Shown piece by piece: positions 1-12,914 of a DNA stretch of 64,000 nucleotides (position 1 is its first letter; every line of letters begins with the position of its first letter). Origin of the DNA: Eledone cirrhosa. Its lineage: Eukaryota. Made by a program: the position numbers and the translations under genes. The notes under the pieces were generated by a model. The model saw only the letters and a list, made by a program, of their open reading frames with translations, made no database searches and had not been told where the DNA came from. The stretch is taken from assembly GCA_964016885.1 (NCBI GenBank), contig OZ024743.1, forward strand, positions 124,868,001-124,932,000, given 5' to 3'.

Positions 1-87
1 CGGCGGGATTTGAACTCAGACTGTAAAGGGTCGTAACTATGCTGGAAAGCATGGCGTCCAACCCTCTACCGATACTGCCAATTCACC
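1..87 (-). mobile_element. tRNA-derived SINE, 5' part (Meta-domain-like family), cut by window edge
   Basis: Minus strand has A-box-like and B-box (GAGTTCAAATCCCGCCG) motifs; nearly identical to 3601-3681. Confidence 0.7.
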
Positions 88-102
88 AATAATGATAATA
101 AA

Positions 103-621
103 CACTCAAACTTTTCAAAATTCAACTTTTTGATCCCCTAGATTAATCCCTTAGGTGAAAAACTGGGTATTTTCAGCTTTTTAGTGGTTTTTTGAGGCGT
201 TACGTCAGACCGATTTCCTTGAAATTGTAACTATGTATTAGTCAGTCTCTTCTTCATACCGTGAGCAAAGAAAATCCAACTTTTTATGGCCTAGGACCTG
301 CATTAGGTGAAAAACTTCATTTTTTTTCAGCTTTTTAGGTCTCTTTTTAGGCGTTACGTCTAGCTGATTTTCTCAAAATTTCAAGGCATATTATGCACAT
401 AAAAAAAATTCATTTTCTTGATCCCCTAGGGCCCGCATTAGGTGAAAACCTGCATTTTTCCTGCTTCATCGAGGAAAATCTTAAAGATTATCTAGCCATT
501 AGAGAATTTGGTTTATTTTCTTTACATATTGTCCAGGCATGCAGTTTTTCCACGATTAGGTCTGTTGGCGGCCTGCGTTCCAAAACACCTTATCCCGTGC
601 AACGCCGGGTACCACTGCTAG
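103..621 (+). mobile_element. Non-autonomous Helitron, 3' portion with internal ~150-bp tandem repeats
   Basis: Subterminal hairpin CCCGTGCAACGCCGGG (594-609), then 8 nt and CTAG (618-621) followed by T; about three degenerate repeats containing TTAGGTGAAAA upstream; 5' end not identified. Confidence 0.7.
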
Positions 622-644
622 TATTTTATATTCCTGAGAATTTC

Positions 645-786
645 AAAACCACACCATCTAAACATAATGTGTTGATCAGTTGCCACTTATATCCAGGGTT
701 TAGATTTTTACACATTTCTCAGACATAAAATGGGGAGGGGAAGGAAGTTTATATTCGGATCAGCTTATATTCAAGCATATATGGTA
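645..786. mobile_element. Terminal fragment of a pogo/Tc2-like DNA transposon (second copy at ~5430-5538)
   Basis: Ends in GCTTATATTCAAGCATATATGGTA, resembling the TACCGTATATACTCGAATATAAGCCG-type TIR; homologous stretch at 5435-5538. Confidence 0.45.
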
Positions 787-1974
787 GTTTACAAAAGCGG
801 TACTATTTCAAATCTATGAGTTTATCATAGCATAATATATAGCAATCAAATGATTTCTATTGACTTGATATAACAAATGCTAAAGTACAAGTGCTGTAAT
901 AATTTAAACCAACCTTGGCATATTGTCTCTACTTATTTTAGCAACTAAAGGCACATCATTAGATTAACATTCCAGCAGTAAATATCTATTCTTATTTTTC
1001 TGTTGTTTTTTTTTAAAGATGTTAAGGTGTGTTTTAAAAGGAAGGTTTTGATGATAATTGCAGCAGGTTAAGCAGTAACATGGAGGGCCCCCTCATGTCT
1101 GCTCAATTAGGACTCACCTGGAGTTAAATAACAACCTAGGTCACATGAAAGGGAAAGCTGACTTCAAAAGCATTCTAACGTAGAAACAAATTCACCAAAC
1201 ACGAAGAAATGACATATCCAGAGCAATTCTTTATTGCTTCTAACAAACTTATTTAACACCAATATAATGTCATATACAGAACGTAATATAAGCTGAGGCT
1301 ATTGTATGTTCATACCATATTTATAACACTATAAAGACAAGGAGGTTAACAATAATACATAAAATAAAAACAACAACTGAGTCAATTACTGAGATTCCTG
1401 AAATTCATAGAACTAAATGTGAAAATGATGAAGTATGTTTTATATACGTAATAATATGACATTTAGATCAACATGTATGATCATGTATGTAGGCATGACT
1501 ATTGGTGGCGACATCATTGTTAACATCATCACAATCATCATTTTTATGTCTGCCTTTTCAATGCCAGCATGGATTAGACAAGACCTTTTGAGGCAGTATT
1601 CTATGACCAGGTACCCTTCCTGATGCCAACCTTTACACTTTTTCTTTAAGTATGTTACTTATCCCACTGCTCTTCACATATCAAACTGCTGAGTTGTGAA
1701 ACATAGTTTATACAGGATATAAACAAATGGCACCAGTTGTTTTAAGCAGTGTCATGTCATCATCCTCATTGTTTTTATGTCTGATTTTCCACGCTTCCAT
1801 GTGTCTCAATATACAAATATAAATGAAGAAACACACACACACAACCATATACACTCATATATGTGGAGGTTAACAGTGCCTGAATTTCCTATGTAGTTCA
1901 TAAAGTAATAGTCAAGTACCTTGATCAATTTAATTGACTACCCTCCCTCCAATAGCTGGTCTTAAGCCTAAATT

Positions 1975-2300
1975 AAAATAGGGAAGAATCGTTAAGGCAT
2001 TGAACAAAATACTTTCAATGTTCTGAGTTCAAATCCCTCCAAGGTTAACTTTGCCTTTTATCCTTCCAAGGTTAGAAATCTAAGACTGGTGGATTAGAAG
2101 TATCAGTAGAGCTCAGGAAATATATTTTGCAACATATAGTTATGGCTCTTTACATTCTGAGTCCAATTCTCGCTGAGGCTATCTTTGCCTTTCATCCTTC
2201 TGGGGTTGATAGAAAAAAGTACCAGTCACGTAGTGGGATTGATTTAATCGACTGTCCCTTTCCTTCAAATTGTTGGCCTTGTGCTTAAGTTAAAAACTAT
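1975..2300 (+). mobile_element. Two adjacent degraded tRNA-SINE copies (Meta-domain-like)
   Basis: GAGTTCAAATCC B-box followed by CTTTGCCTTTCATCCTT...GATA...AAGTACCAG, present twice. Confidence 0.6.
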
Positions 2301-2854
2301 TATTATCTTTATAATTCATGACTTGAGAAATACATCCAGTTTCCTTTCTAGGATCAAAAGTAGGTACATCTTGGAGAAAAATGTAAAACATGCAAAGAAT
2401 ATTCAGGTTTAACAAAAGAATATTTTCAAGGTCAACAAATACTGTGTCAAGGACCTAACAATGTTTATAAATCATCATCATAATCATTAAACATCCATCT
2501 TCCCCGTTAACAAAAGGGGTTGATGGGTTTACACAGAATGAATCAGTACTGAAGCAAAGTTACTGACCTCTCAGATGGGCCTACATCTCACTAATAAATG
2601 TTCCCATACTCTACTAATTGCCAAGGTTTGCTAGGATGCCCATATACCTACAAGATATACTTTTGGTATATATGTATGTATGCATGGTCCTGTAACTCCT
2701 GATAGAGTCACAGGGGTGTCGCATTGACATACAGCATTTTGGGGGCATTTTAAGTCTGATGGAGCCCATCCTCCTCCAGGCCTGAGTATAGCCGATTTGT
2801 TCAGAAAGATAGAAAGTGAGAGAGAAGAAATGAGAAAGAGATATAGAGAAAGAA

Positions 2855-3012
2855 TCGACCCCAGTACTAAACTGGTACTTTTTCTTATCGATCTTGAAAG
2901 GATGAAAAGCAAAGTGGTCCGCAGCAGGATTTGAACTCCGAGAGCAGAGACTGGAACGAATACCATAAAGCATTCTATCCAACGTTCGAACGACTCTGCC
3001 AATTCGCTGCCT
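2855..3012 (-). mobile_element. tRNA-derived SINE (Meta-domain-like)
   Basis: CTGGTACTT...TCGATC...AAGGATGAAA...GGATTTGAACTC on the plus strand. Confidence 0.6.
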
Positions 3013-3504
3013 TAGTTTTGGTATACTTGATTAAAACATCATGTGGACTAGAATTCAATCCCTCATCATGTGTGATGATGATAACTCCACTGATGAAACA
3101 TTTATCCAAATCTGCCAGTCATATTTTGTGCTACATGGAAATTATCATACAAAATGATCATACAAATAAAAAGTTTACAATTGTCACAATACAGTGATGA
3201 CAAACGAATATGCTGGCTAAACTTGTTAGAAATAGCAGCCAAATCTCATTTAACCATTCAAAATAAAAGGCATATTTGATTATGTTGTTACAAAAAATGA
3301 TATATATACTTATACACACATATAAACACACACATATAACGCACACATATGTAGTTGTATGTGTATCTGTAATTATAAATTGGCAAAGTTAGAATACCTT
3401 GCAACATTCATTTCAATGCTGAGTGCTCTCAGTTCAAATCCTGCTAAGATATACATTAGGACCCAACCATCATGACTCATAGTCTTAGTATTAATAATTC
3501 AATA

Positions 3505-3681
3505 ATTGTTTCTACGTTAGGCACAAGGCCAGCAATTACCCAGTGCATTACTGGTACTTTATTTTATCGATCCCGTAAGGATGAAAGGCAAAGTCAACAT
3601 CGGCGGGATTTGAACTCAGATCGTAAAGGGACGTAACTATGCTGGAAAGCATGGCGTCCGACCCTCTACCGATACTGCCAA
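3505..3681 (-). mobile_element. tRNA-derived SINE (Meta-domain-like)
   Basis: CTGGTACTTTATTTTATCGATCCCGTAAGGATGAAAGGCAAAGTCAAC...GGATTTGAACTC. Confidence 0.7.
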
Positions 3682-3959
3682 ATGATGACACACAAGTATG
3701 TTTAGTGTCTGGAATAAAGTTTATTCATGTGATATCCATGTGTCCCACTTGTGGTGAAAACACTCAATTGTTTCCATGTGTCTCTTCTAGGCCACTCAGA
3801 GAGACACTAAATAAACAGGCATCATATATTTATTCAACCTTTCTCAATCTCCATACAATACTGCCTGAGACCACCTTTGGTTCTGATATAAAATCTCATT
3901 TTATAGTGTACACATTTAAATTAATACTTTCCATCAAGTTATGTTCTAAACACTAACTT

Positions 3960-4120
3960 AATAATTGTTTCTAATATTGGCAGACACAAATCCAAAAATT
4001 GCGAGGGAGGAGGTTAGTTGATTAAATCAATCCCATTACTTGACTGATATTTTATAAACACTGGCAAGATGAAAGGCAAAGTTGATCTCAGTGTGATTTG
4101 AACTTGTAGCACAGAACCAG
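3960..4120 (-). mobile_element. Degraded tRNA-SINE, same family
   Basis: GATGAAAGGCAAAGTTGATCTCAGTGTGATTTGAACT. Confidence 0.5.
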
Positions 4121-5546
4121 AAAACATACACTAAGACATCCATGTTATTTTACAAAATCCATTCAAATTCTTTATTTTAAAAACTAATTAAAATACATAG
4201 TCAATATGTTTTGCAAGAGATGATAGCCACAAAAGGGTTATTATAGCAGTGTTGATCACCTTTCTGCAATCAAAATTATTTCTATATATTAGCAAATGAG
4301 TTGGCTGTCTTCCCAAATCATAGGTGAATTCCTCCATCAATATAATTTCTCTTCTCTTAGGCAAAGAACACACATTTTTTTCAACATTAGAGTTTTTTAA
4401 TGGAATAGAAAGATGTTGAAAAAGTTGCTCATTCAACCAACTTACATTAACATCTCTAATGTGGGTTTTTTTAAATATTTCATTTTAATGATAGCACCAG
4501 TAACGTAACATACAGAAGGATAAAGAGCTTGCATGTCTATGTCTACTTTTTAATCCTCTAGCATTTTAACCGGCCATATCCGGCCAGAATTCTCTCATAT
4601 CTTTCTGTTCAAAACCGGCTGTAACCAGCTGCTAATGCAGATGTTAAGGTATTGTTCTCAAAATAAATAATATCAAAATCTCGTAGATTCGATATTATAT
4701 GAGGTAATTATGTAAGTTAAAGCCTAAAATGAGAAGTATGTGATTAAAAAAATCGAAAGTAAAATGGGAAGGTTGGCTTATATTTGAAGTCACTATTTTG
4801 ACGATTTTCACCAACTTCAAATACTATGTGAATAAGATGCTAATATATCTGGAGTGATTATTTTACAATGAAACAGTTTTTTTCCCTTTTACTACATCGT
4901 CATTAGTGTTAATTATGCATTCCATTGAAAATATTTCCAACAAATTTATATAATTTGAACTTTTAATACATAAATATCCCATACACATGCACAAGCATGC
5001 ACACACACATATATACATACATGCACTCACAACCACACCAACTATTTTTCTCTGACTTAATAATACTTTTTCTTTCAATCTTATGTAAAATTGAAATCTT
5101 ACTTCTGACTTGTAATTTATTGCTCTGCCCCCCCCCCCCCCCTTCTCATTCTGTTTCCCCCTCTCTCTCTTTCTTCTACTCTATGAATCCCTCCCTATAC
5201 TAAGTTCTCTTATTCAATCTCTTGCTTTCAAAGTACTCCTAGCATGTGAGATGTTGGAAGTAAACAAAAATTCTAGAAAATTATTGAAACTAGAGAATGG
5301 TTGAAATGGTAACAAAGCATTACAAAAAGGAGTTGCGAAACAAAAACTATACTCTAAACAAACTTAAAAGATTTTAAATATTAAAATATTAAAGCTTCAT
5401 AAATATATTTTATATTCATGAGAAATACAAAAGTGCACCATCTAAACATAATGTACTGATTAGTTGCCTCAGGGTTTGGATTTTTGCCCCCATTTCTCAG
5501 GCATAAAATAGGAGCCGGCTTATATTCAAGTATATCAGTGTATGTA

Positions 5547-5582
<36 letters not shown>

Positions 5583-5586
<4 letters not shown>

Positions 5587-5767
5587 TCATCATCATTTTA
5601 CGTCCGCTTTTCCCTGCTTGCAAGGGTGGGACGGATCTTATTCAGCACAGCATCTCTCCACTTGTCATGGTCCTTCGTCATCTCCACCTTGAGCTTCAGC
5701 GATCTGAGGTCTGTTCTCACCACCTCCGCCCATGTTTTTTCATGGTCTACCTCTACCACGTCTTCCT
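5583..5767 (-). mobile_element. 5'-truncated RTE LINE 3' end (short-UTR family, cf. 44485-46310)
   Basis: (CAT)n tail on plus; ORF end GRGR.MK(T)WAEVVR similar to 44551-44610; flanked by (TA)n on both sides. Confidence 0.75.
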
Positions 5768-5785
5768 ATATATATATATATATAT

Positions 5786-6860
5786 AAACGGAAAAAATGA
5801 AACAAAATTTCATTTCTCACTCTTAGTACGGCTGTTACTTAAATATAAGTATGTATACGTACATACATATATGTATACAGACGTATAGTAGTATGTATAT
5901 ATATACATACATGCACACATATATATATATGTACGTATGGATTTACCGAACATTTATTATAATGCTCGGTGTGTTTGTAAACAAACATCCCGAATTAAGC
6001 CGTATAGTGTCTAGCAACCATCGTTGCTCATTTGTTCAACACTGACAAAGGATCGATGCACTAGTTTCAAGCTTATTAGCTATCGTCAGCACTGTATACC
6101 TTCCTGCCAGATGATTGAACATCTGAAAGTATATAATTTCCTTAAGCATATTAACGGCTGAGCAGCCTAATTTGCATATCGAGTGAGTTAATCGGCCGGG
6201 CGCACCGAAAACAATAAACGGAAAAAATGAAACGAAATTTCATTTCTCACTCTTAGTACGGCTGTTACTTAAATATAAGTATGTATACGTACATACATAT
6301 ATGTATACAGACGTACAGTAGTATGTATATATATATACATACATGCACACATATATATATGTACGTATGGATTTACCGAACATATATTATAATGCTCGGT
6401 GTATTTGTAAACAAACATCCTTATATTTGTAAACAAACATACTTATATTTAAGTAACAGCTGTACTAAGAGTGAGAAATGAAATTTCGTTTCATTTTTTC
6501 CATTTATTGTTTTCGGTACGCCCCGCCGATTAACTCACTCAATATGCAAATTAGGCTGCTCAGCCGTTAATATGCATAAGGAAAGTATATACTTTCAGAC
6601 GTTCAATCATCTGGCAGGAAGGTATACGGTGCTGACGATAGCTAGTTCCTTTGTCAGTGTTGAACAAAAGAGCAACGATGGTTGCTAAACACTGTACGGC
6701 TTAATTCGGGATGTTTGTTTACAAACAGACCGAGCATTATAATAAATGTTCGGTAAATCCATACGTACATATATATATATATGTGTGTGCATGTATGTAT
6801 ATATATACATACTACTGTACGTCTGTATACATATATGTATGTACGTATACATACTTATAT
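5786..6860. repeat. Retrozyme-like family A: ~1.5 tandem 430-bp units (minus sense) plus one inverted unit
   Basis: AAACGGAAAAAATGAAAC recurs at 5786 and 6216 (period 430); 6438-6860 is the reverse complement of a full unit; the unit carries a minimal HHR and an octamer ATGCAAAT. Confidence 0.8.
6054..6094 (-). ncRNA. Minimal type I hammerhead ribozyme, mutated copy (GUG triplet)
   Basis: Minus strand: cagtg CTGACGA tAGCTaataAGCTt GAAAC TA GTG catcg. Confidence 0.6.
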
Positions 6861-6871
6861 ATATATATATG

Positions 6872-7200
6872 TGAGGCACATGGCTTAGTGGTTAGAGCAT
6901 TGGCCTTGCAATCGAAAGGTTGTGAGTTCAATTCTCAGACCGGGTGATGTGTTGTTTCCTTGAGCAAGACACTTTATTTCACATTGCTCCAGTTTACTCA
7001 GCTGTAGAAATGAGATGATAGGGACTGAGGTCTATATCATTCCACTGCAAAGTGGTCGTGGAGGTGCCACGGCAAAAAAGCACCCAGCACTCACTGTAAA
7101 TGAGGTTGGTGTTAGGAAGGGCATTCAGCTGTAGAAATCAAGCCAGAATCAGTTCCCGTCCCACCCTTGCAAACAGGAAAAAGCGGACGTAAAATGAAGA
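6872..7200 (+). mobile_element. Full-length CORE-type tRNA SINE with RTE-derived 3' tail
   Basis: A-box TGGCTTAGTGG, B-box GAGTTCAATTC, CORE-like CCTTGAGCAAGACACTT...CAGTTTACTCAGCTGTAGAAATG; tail matches the LINE 3' UTR at 49163-49380. Confidence 0.85.
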
Positions 7201-7216
7201 TATATATATGTATATA

Positions 7217-7410
7217 GAAAGCACCCAGCCCACACTGTAAATGTGGTTGGCATTAGGAATGGCATCCAGCCATAGAAAACCAGCCAGAAACACTCCTATA
7301 TGAGCGAGACACGGTCACCCGACACAACTTGCCTCAAAATAGGATCCGTCTAACCCATGCCAGTGTAGAGGATGGACGTTAATTGATGATGATGATGATG
7401 ATGATGATGA
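7217..7410 (+). mobile_element. RTE/SINE 3' tail fragment ending in (GAT)n
   Basis: GGAATGGCATCCAGCC...AACCCATGCCAG...GGACGTTAA(TGA)n. Confidence 0.6.
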
Positions 7411-8659
7411 CATACTGTGAAGATGTTTGACTTAGGAATTAAGGTGTTAAAATCACTATTGTAAGGTTATGAGTTTGATTACTGGGCAAGGCCTTGAGGA
7501 AGCTACTTCATTTCATGTTGCTCCAATTCACTCGGCTGAAAGAATGTGTAACAATAGCAGTTCAAGGTTAACTTTATAACAGACCAGAATCACATCCAGG
7601 GGGAAGTCTGGTACTCTTAGTTGCTTAGAATAGGGGCTTAGCTTCTGGGTTTGAGACAGACTTTTTAAAACATATGTATAATTTACTATTACTCATCACA
7701 TCCACCATAATAAAAATACCCTCAAGCAAAATTAGTCTGACAGAATTTGTATGTAAGGTTGGCCTTTTGAATTACAAGTCCACTCCATCTAACAGGTTTT
7801 CAGACTGTTTCTATCTATCTAATTTCACTCACATAGTAAGGGTTTTTTTCAAGAAATTCAAGATTGAGATGCAAGGAAGTTGATGTATTTAAAACCAGTC
7901 AAACCCATGCCACTGTGGAAAATAAGACATAAAACTACCAGTGTGTGTATGTGTGGGTATGTGTTTTATGTCTTTTGTCTAGATGTTGCATCAGTATCTT
8001 CTCCTGACTGCAGAATTAATCTACAAAATGAAGACATCAGTATTCAAAATGTGATCTTTGTAATTGCCAACAAAATGCCTTACCAATAACCTAATTTCCT
8101 GTCATGTAGCAACCAAGTGAAATTATTTTCTGGACTTGCCTTATATTTTTATTTTTTTCTATTTTATTATTATTTCTCTTATCTTTTTCCATAATTATCA
8201 ATGCTATGTTTTTTGTTTTATCAAAAATGAATGTCCAAGAAATAAAACTCTATAAGAATAAGATAATACACTGATTTACTATTTATTTTTGCTATTCTAT
8301 CTATTGCATAATGCTTATTTTATTGTCATTATCAATAAATGAAATAATATAATCAATTGATGATTTCTGTGATATTCTGACTTTCAATTTCTCAAATACT
8401 TAACCCCTTCAATATAATCAACTCTTGCAGTGTACTTAGATAAAAATATTAAAATAAATTGCAATGAACACACTTTCAACACCAACCCACTTCAGACTAC
8501 CTCTACTGAAGTGTCCAAATTTAAATTCAAATCTTCAACTGAAATCATATTATTAACATGAAAGATAAGAAGATAGTATTAGGTTTCAACAGGAAAATGC
8601 ATGGCTTATTGGTTAGGGTGAACTCAAAACACAAAGAGCTGGAACAAATATTGGTTTTT

Positions 8660-9000
8660 AATTTAGGCACAAGGTCAGCAAATTTGGGGGAAGGGCAAAG
8701 TTGATTAAATCAACCTCAGTACTTGACTGATATTTTATCTTATCAATGCCAGAAGGATGACAGGCAAAGTTAACGTTGGCAGGATTTGAACTGAGAGCTA
8801 GAATAAATACTGTAATGGCATTTTATCTGACATTCTACCAATTCTGCCAATCCCCAAACCTTAGCCAGAACAAATATTACAAGGTAACCCCCCCCCCCAA
8901 TGCACTAACAATTTCACCAATCCACTCCTCTTTACTGTTACTGAACTTTATCAAACCTGAAAGAATGAAAAGCAAATTTGGCCTCAGTGAAATTTGAATC
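8660..9000 (-). mobile_element. Degraded tRNA-SINE copies
   Basis: AGGATGACAGGCAAAGTTAAC...GGATTTGAACT and a second GAATGAAAAGCAAATTTGG...ATTTGAATC. Confidence 0.5.
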
Positions 9001-10240
9001 AGGCTACAATGAGCTAGAAAATATAGTCTAATGCAATCATCATTATCATCATTTAATATCCATTTTCCATGCTAGCAAGGGTTCAAAATGTCGTCAGAGA
9101 CTGGTCAGTATTCAAGCATAGCCTCAAGGTGGGATGGGGTCTTGACATACAATCCCATGCTCTACTGAGTGCATTTTTACCATGGCACCAACACTAGAGA
9201 AGTTGTAACGTCTTTGGAATAGTCGAAGAGTCTTCCTGACCTTTTTGTTTGGCAGGTTTTTCACTGGTGGATGCCCTTTTAATCAACAACCACTTTACAG
9301 ATCGTTTATCATGTGGATCATCAATACTAGGGAGGTTGTCATGCCTATGGCAATCAATTGGACAAATGGAAAGAGGAAAAAGTAATGCTCATTATCTACA
9401 GAGTGTATTTAACTGCTATATCAAGGTTTGAACACTTGACTACAGCTGTGTAGTACCTCCAACTCACAGACATGTTTACATCCACCTATTTCATGTTGGA
9501 ATAGGATGGAGATTATTTTTGAGGCTATATTCTACAACCAAATGCTCTTCCTGATGCCATCACATAGTTGTTTTTAGGCATGGTACTTTCTTCCACACAT
9601 TTCCTCCCGTCAAACTATTCAGTCAAGAGACATAAACAAACATCACCATTTGAAATGGCAAAAATATAAAGACCTACACAGATATCACACACATGCACAC
9701 ACACACCACTCACACATATGATGGCCTTCTACAAGGTTTTCCTCCACTGAATTTCATTCACAAAGCAGTGATCAGTAGAAGACATTTTCCCAAGGTGCCA
9801 TGGAATGAGATTCAACCTGAAGCTATGTTGTGGGAAAGCAAACATCATAAGCACACAACAATTGCTTTTGTATTTCTCCAAACATTGACAACTCATAGGA
9901 ATGCTGGAATGCTTTTAAGTTTATTTTAGCTTCTTTTTTTTTTTTTTTTTACTGGAAGCAGGATGCAATTCAGTCACCCAACCCAAAAGAAGCTAATGCA
10001 GCTTCTTACTAAAGAGTTTCATTGAAATCATCCCACTCTCAATTACTTTAGTCAGATAAAGATAAGGGTAAGGTCATAATGTGGGAGTGCTCGTTTATTG
10101 TTTTTATGCTGCAAAACAGTAAATAATGAAATATACTTACTAAAATCTAAATACTGATCTTTGAGAAATTGATTATACACACACATTGCTTTGTAAAGTG
10201 AACATAGTTAATATCACCATTATTGGGAAAAGGACAATGC

Positions 10241-10291
<51 letters not shown>

Positions 10292-10525
10292 TAGTAGTAT
10301 TTGGTTTTGTTAGTGTATTCATGTAACAAGAAACTGAAGCCGCTTTTTACTTTTTTTTTACTCAATGGTCGAATTATTTTGTTTGGTAAATCCTGTGGTA
10401 GTTCCACTATAAGGTTCCGAATGATTATATAACACATACAAAGAAACACGTGTCAGTGTTATGCAATAAATGATCTCACTGTTCTGGAATGTGGTGTTAT
10501 AAATAATAATTTTTGTAAATTCCTA

Positions 10526-10612
10526 TTGTCAGCTATCGGACTCATTCCGGTATTAGCCTTGGATGGAGCTTACTACTAGCTTTGATCTGCATTCGCAAGC
10601 AACCCGACTCTC
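10526..10612 (-). pseudogene. 28S rRNA fragment (conserved 5'-domain segment)
   Basis: Minus strand GAGTCGGGTTGCTTGCGAATGCAGATCAAAGCTAGTAGTAAGCTCCATCCAAGGCTAATACCGGAATGAGTCCGATAGC matches the recalled eukaryotic LSU GAGTCGGGTTGCTTGGGAATGCAGCCCAAAG...GGTAAACTCCATCTAAGGCTAAATAC...CCGATAGC. Confidence 0.85.
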
Positions 10613-10712
10613 AGACCAAGACATGGTCACCTGACCTGGCATTGCTCACAACAGGACAACCCGTCTAACCCATGTTAGCGTGGAAAAATGGACGTTAAAC
10701 AGCAATGATGAT
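10613..10712 (+). mobile_element. RTE LINE 3' tail fused to the rRNA fragment
   Basis: CATGGTCACCTGACC...CACAACAGGACAACCCGTCTAACCCATG...GGACGTTAAA matches the reverse complement of 24575-24655; followed by (TA)/(CA) microsatellite. Confidence 0.75.
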
Positions 10713-10734
10713 ATATATATATACACACACATAC

Positions 10735-10765
<31 letters not shown>

Positions 10766-10774
10766 TATATATAT

Positions 10775-10839
<65 letters not shown>

Positions 10840-11099
10840 CATACACACACATATATATATTTTAAATTAAGAAAAACTAAGGTTAACAACTTAAATCCAT
10901 TCTTTAATTTCTACGAATGTTTCTATAGAGGTGATAATAGTATGTGCATATATCAGAAACAGTTAATTAACAATTATTTACACAAAACATAATACATATG
11001 ACGCTCGCATATTATCAGGAATTATAAAAAAGGATAAAGTTTAACCAAATACAAATTATAAGAACAAACTGTCAAATGCGTTTAATGACAGCAATGGGC

Positions 11100-11480
11100 A
11101 AAAATGCCTCAGAGGACAGAGACTAGCAGGCAGTGGTCGGCAGAGAGACAATCCTCGATGTCAGTATGGGAGCAACTGACTTGATGGAGGTTACTGACCT
11201 GATAGGCCTGTATATACTCCAGAAATTGATAGAAAGGGTTCCTGCTCTCGGAGGGGACCTATACCGAGAAAACAGGTTTATAACTTTCACTGAATATAAC
11301 CCCAGTGGTACAAACCAAGTACGCAAACATCTGATCAAATTCTTCCGGGAATTAGGATGTAAGATTACCATATAGATATCCCTCACCTGTACCAAGTTTT
11401 TGGATGTTACCCTAAACTTAGAGAACCAACTGCACTACTCCTTCTGGACACCCAATTAAACCATGCATTATATTATAGAA
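11100..11480 (+). mobile_element. Penelope-like RT fragment (YRDD-type clade), degraded
   Basis: DVSMGATDLMEVTDLIGLYIL...LYREN followed by FLDVTLNL; homologous to 37969-38388 and 40539-41795. Confidence 0.75.
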
Positions 11481-12451
11481 ACTTGAAGGGATATCTGTAC
11501 ATTTTGATGACAATGCTACACATTTATATAACATACATAACACCATCTTTTCCCACAAAATCTAATATCCAGACTGGCAGTTTGGCACCACAGGGGTGGA
11601 CCATCCAACACTGGTAGGGTTTTGATCATGTGAGTTTTCCTTCTCAATGATGCAGGTTGTTGACTCATGAGCTCCCATGATGGATTTGCTCAGGTTTCAA
11701 GAGACACCCCTGCACATACACATATGCTGATGCATATGTACAAAATATTGGATGGTCATTGACTCTCATGAGTTTCTCCGCCCTTTAACAGGTTTTGTTT
11801 TTTATCCTGCATGATGTTCAGAAATTCTTCTCCTCACCAAGCAGGTTTGATGGGGTTGTCAGTTTAGTTACCAACAACGCGACCATACAAATAGGTTGTA
11901 CTGGATTACATACTAGCAATTGCGCTCAAAATCAACCTGACATTACATGTACATAAATAAACATATACACAAATTTATTTTATATATATAATAATTTCAC
12001 TCTACTCTGGGTAACAGAACATCTGGTTTTGAAAAAAAATGTTTTGTAAAGCTTGGATAAAAGTACATATTTGAAAAATCCTTTATTTAAATCACTCCAC
12101 TTTCAAAGTAACAGTATATAATGCTGTGTTCAGTATTGAAATAATGTTTCTTAAAATCTCTTTCCTCTAATTTAAAGAAACAATCATCTGACCCTGAAAT
12201 AAAACATTTTAATTACTTTAAAATATTTCTTGAAATCCTAGAAAACAGTACATCCGGTGTTGAAATAGCGCCTATTCAAAAGATTTTACTGTTTTTAAAA
12301 CAACAATAGATAATGTTATGTCCAGTATTGAAATAGTATTTAATAATTTGAAGAAATACATTATATTAGTACTGGACATACCATTATCTACACCTGCAGA
12401 AGTCATTTATCTCTCTCTTTATATATATATTTATATATATATATATACACG

Positions 12452-12914
12452 TATTTTTAAATTCCCATAATTCTTCTCTTATTACTGTTATATATGCTTG
12501 TTAAATTATGCCCAAAATTCGAGGATTTTATTTAAACCTCCTATTCTTCACCCCCCTATATCATGCTGGTTCTCTCTCAATCCCTTCTTCTCTCTCCAAA
12601 TATAAAATAAATCTTTTGCAAGTACGAAACTCAGAATTCGTCAACCCCTTTTCAGGCTAGGCTGCTCGCTCGGTGAAATGTAACGTACTAATGCTATTTC
12701 TTTACTCTTCTCTCCATTTTTTTCCCTGGTCCATTCATCTATCTGTATCATTTCGCCCAGAATCCAATCTTTGCTTTTTCAATGCTATTCGATAATTCTG
12801 TCTGATTGTTCAAAACAATCTTCTTGTATTTTTAAATTCCCATAATTCTTCTCTTATTACTGTTATATATGCTTGTTAAATTATGCCCAAAATTCGAGGA
12901 TTTTATTTAAACCT
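12452..12914. repeat. ~376-bp unit with an ~87-bp direct terminal repeat
   Basis: TATTTTTAAATTCCCATAATTC...GAGGATTTTATTTAAACCT present at ~12452-12539 and ~12828-12914. Confidence 0.7.

Noticed and set aside
4188-4500. Minus-strand ORF and GTAAGT donor-like site as a host exon (similar donor-like sites near 8080 and 10135)
   Set aside because: No recognisable protein and no convincing acceptor or polypyrimidine tract; cannot be supported without transcripts
4550-4700. piggyBac-like MITE end (TTAATCCTCTAGCATTTTAACCGGCC)
   Set aside because: No partner TIR found, and the resemblance rests on memory only
6872-6950. tRNA gene
   Set aside because: A and B boxes are present but continue into the CORE domain and LINE tail in multiple copies, so this is a SINE head
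10526-10612. Functional rRNA gene
   Set aside because: Only ~87 bp, mutated, with no flanking rDNA
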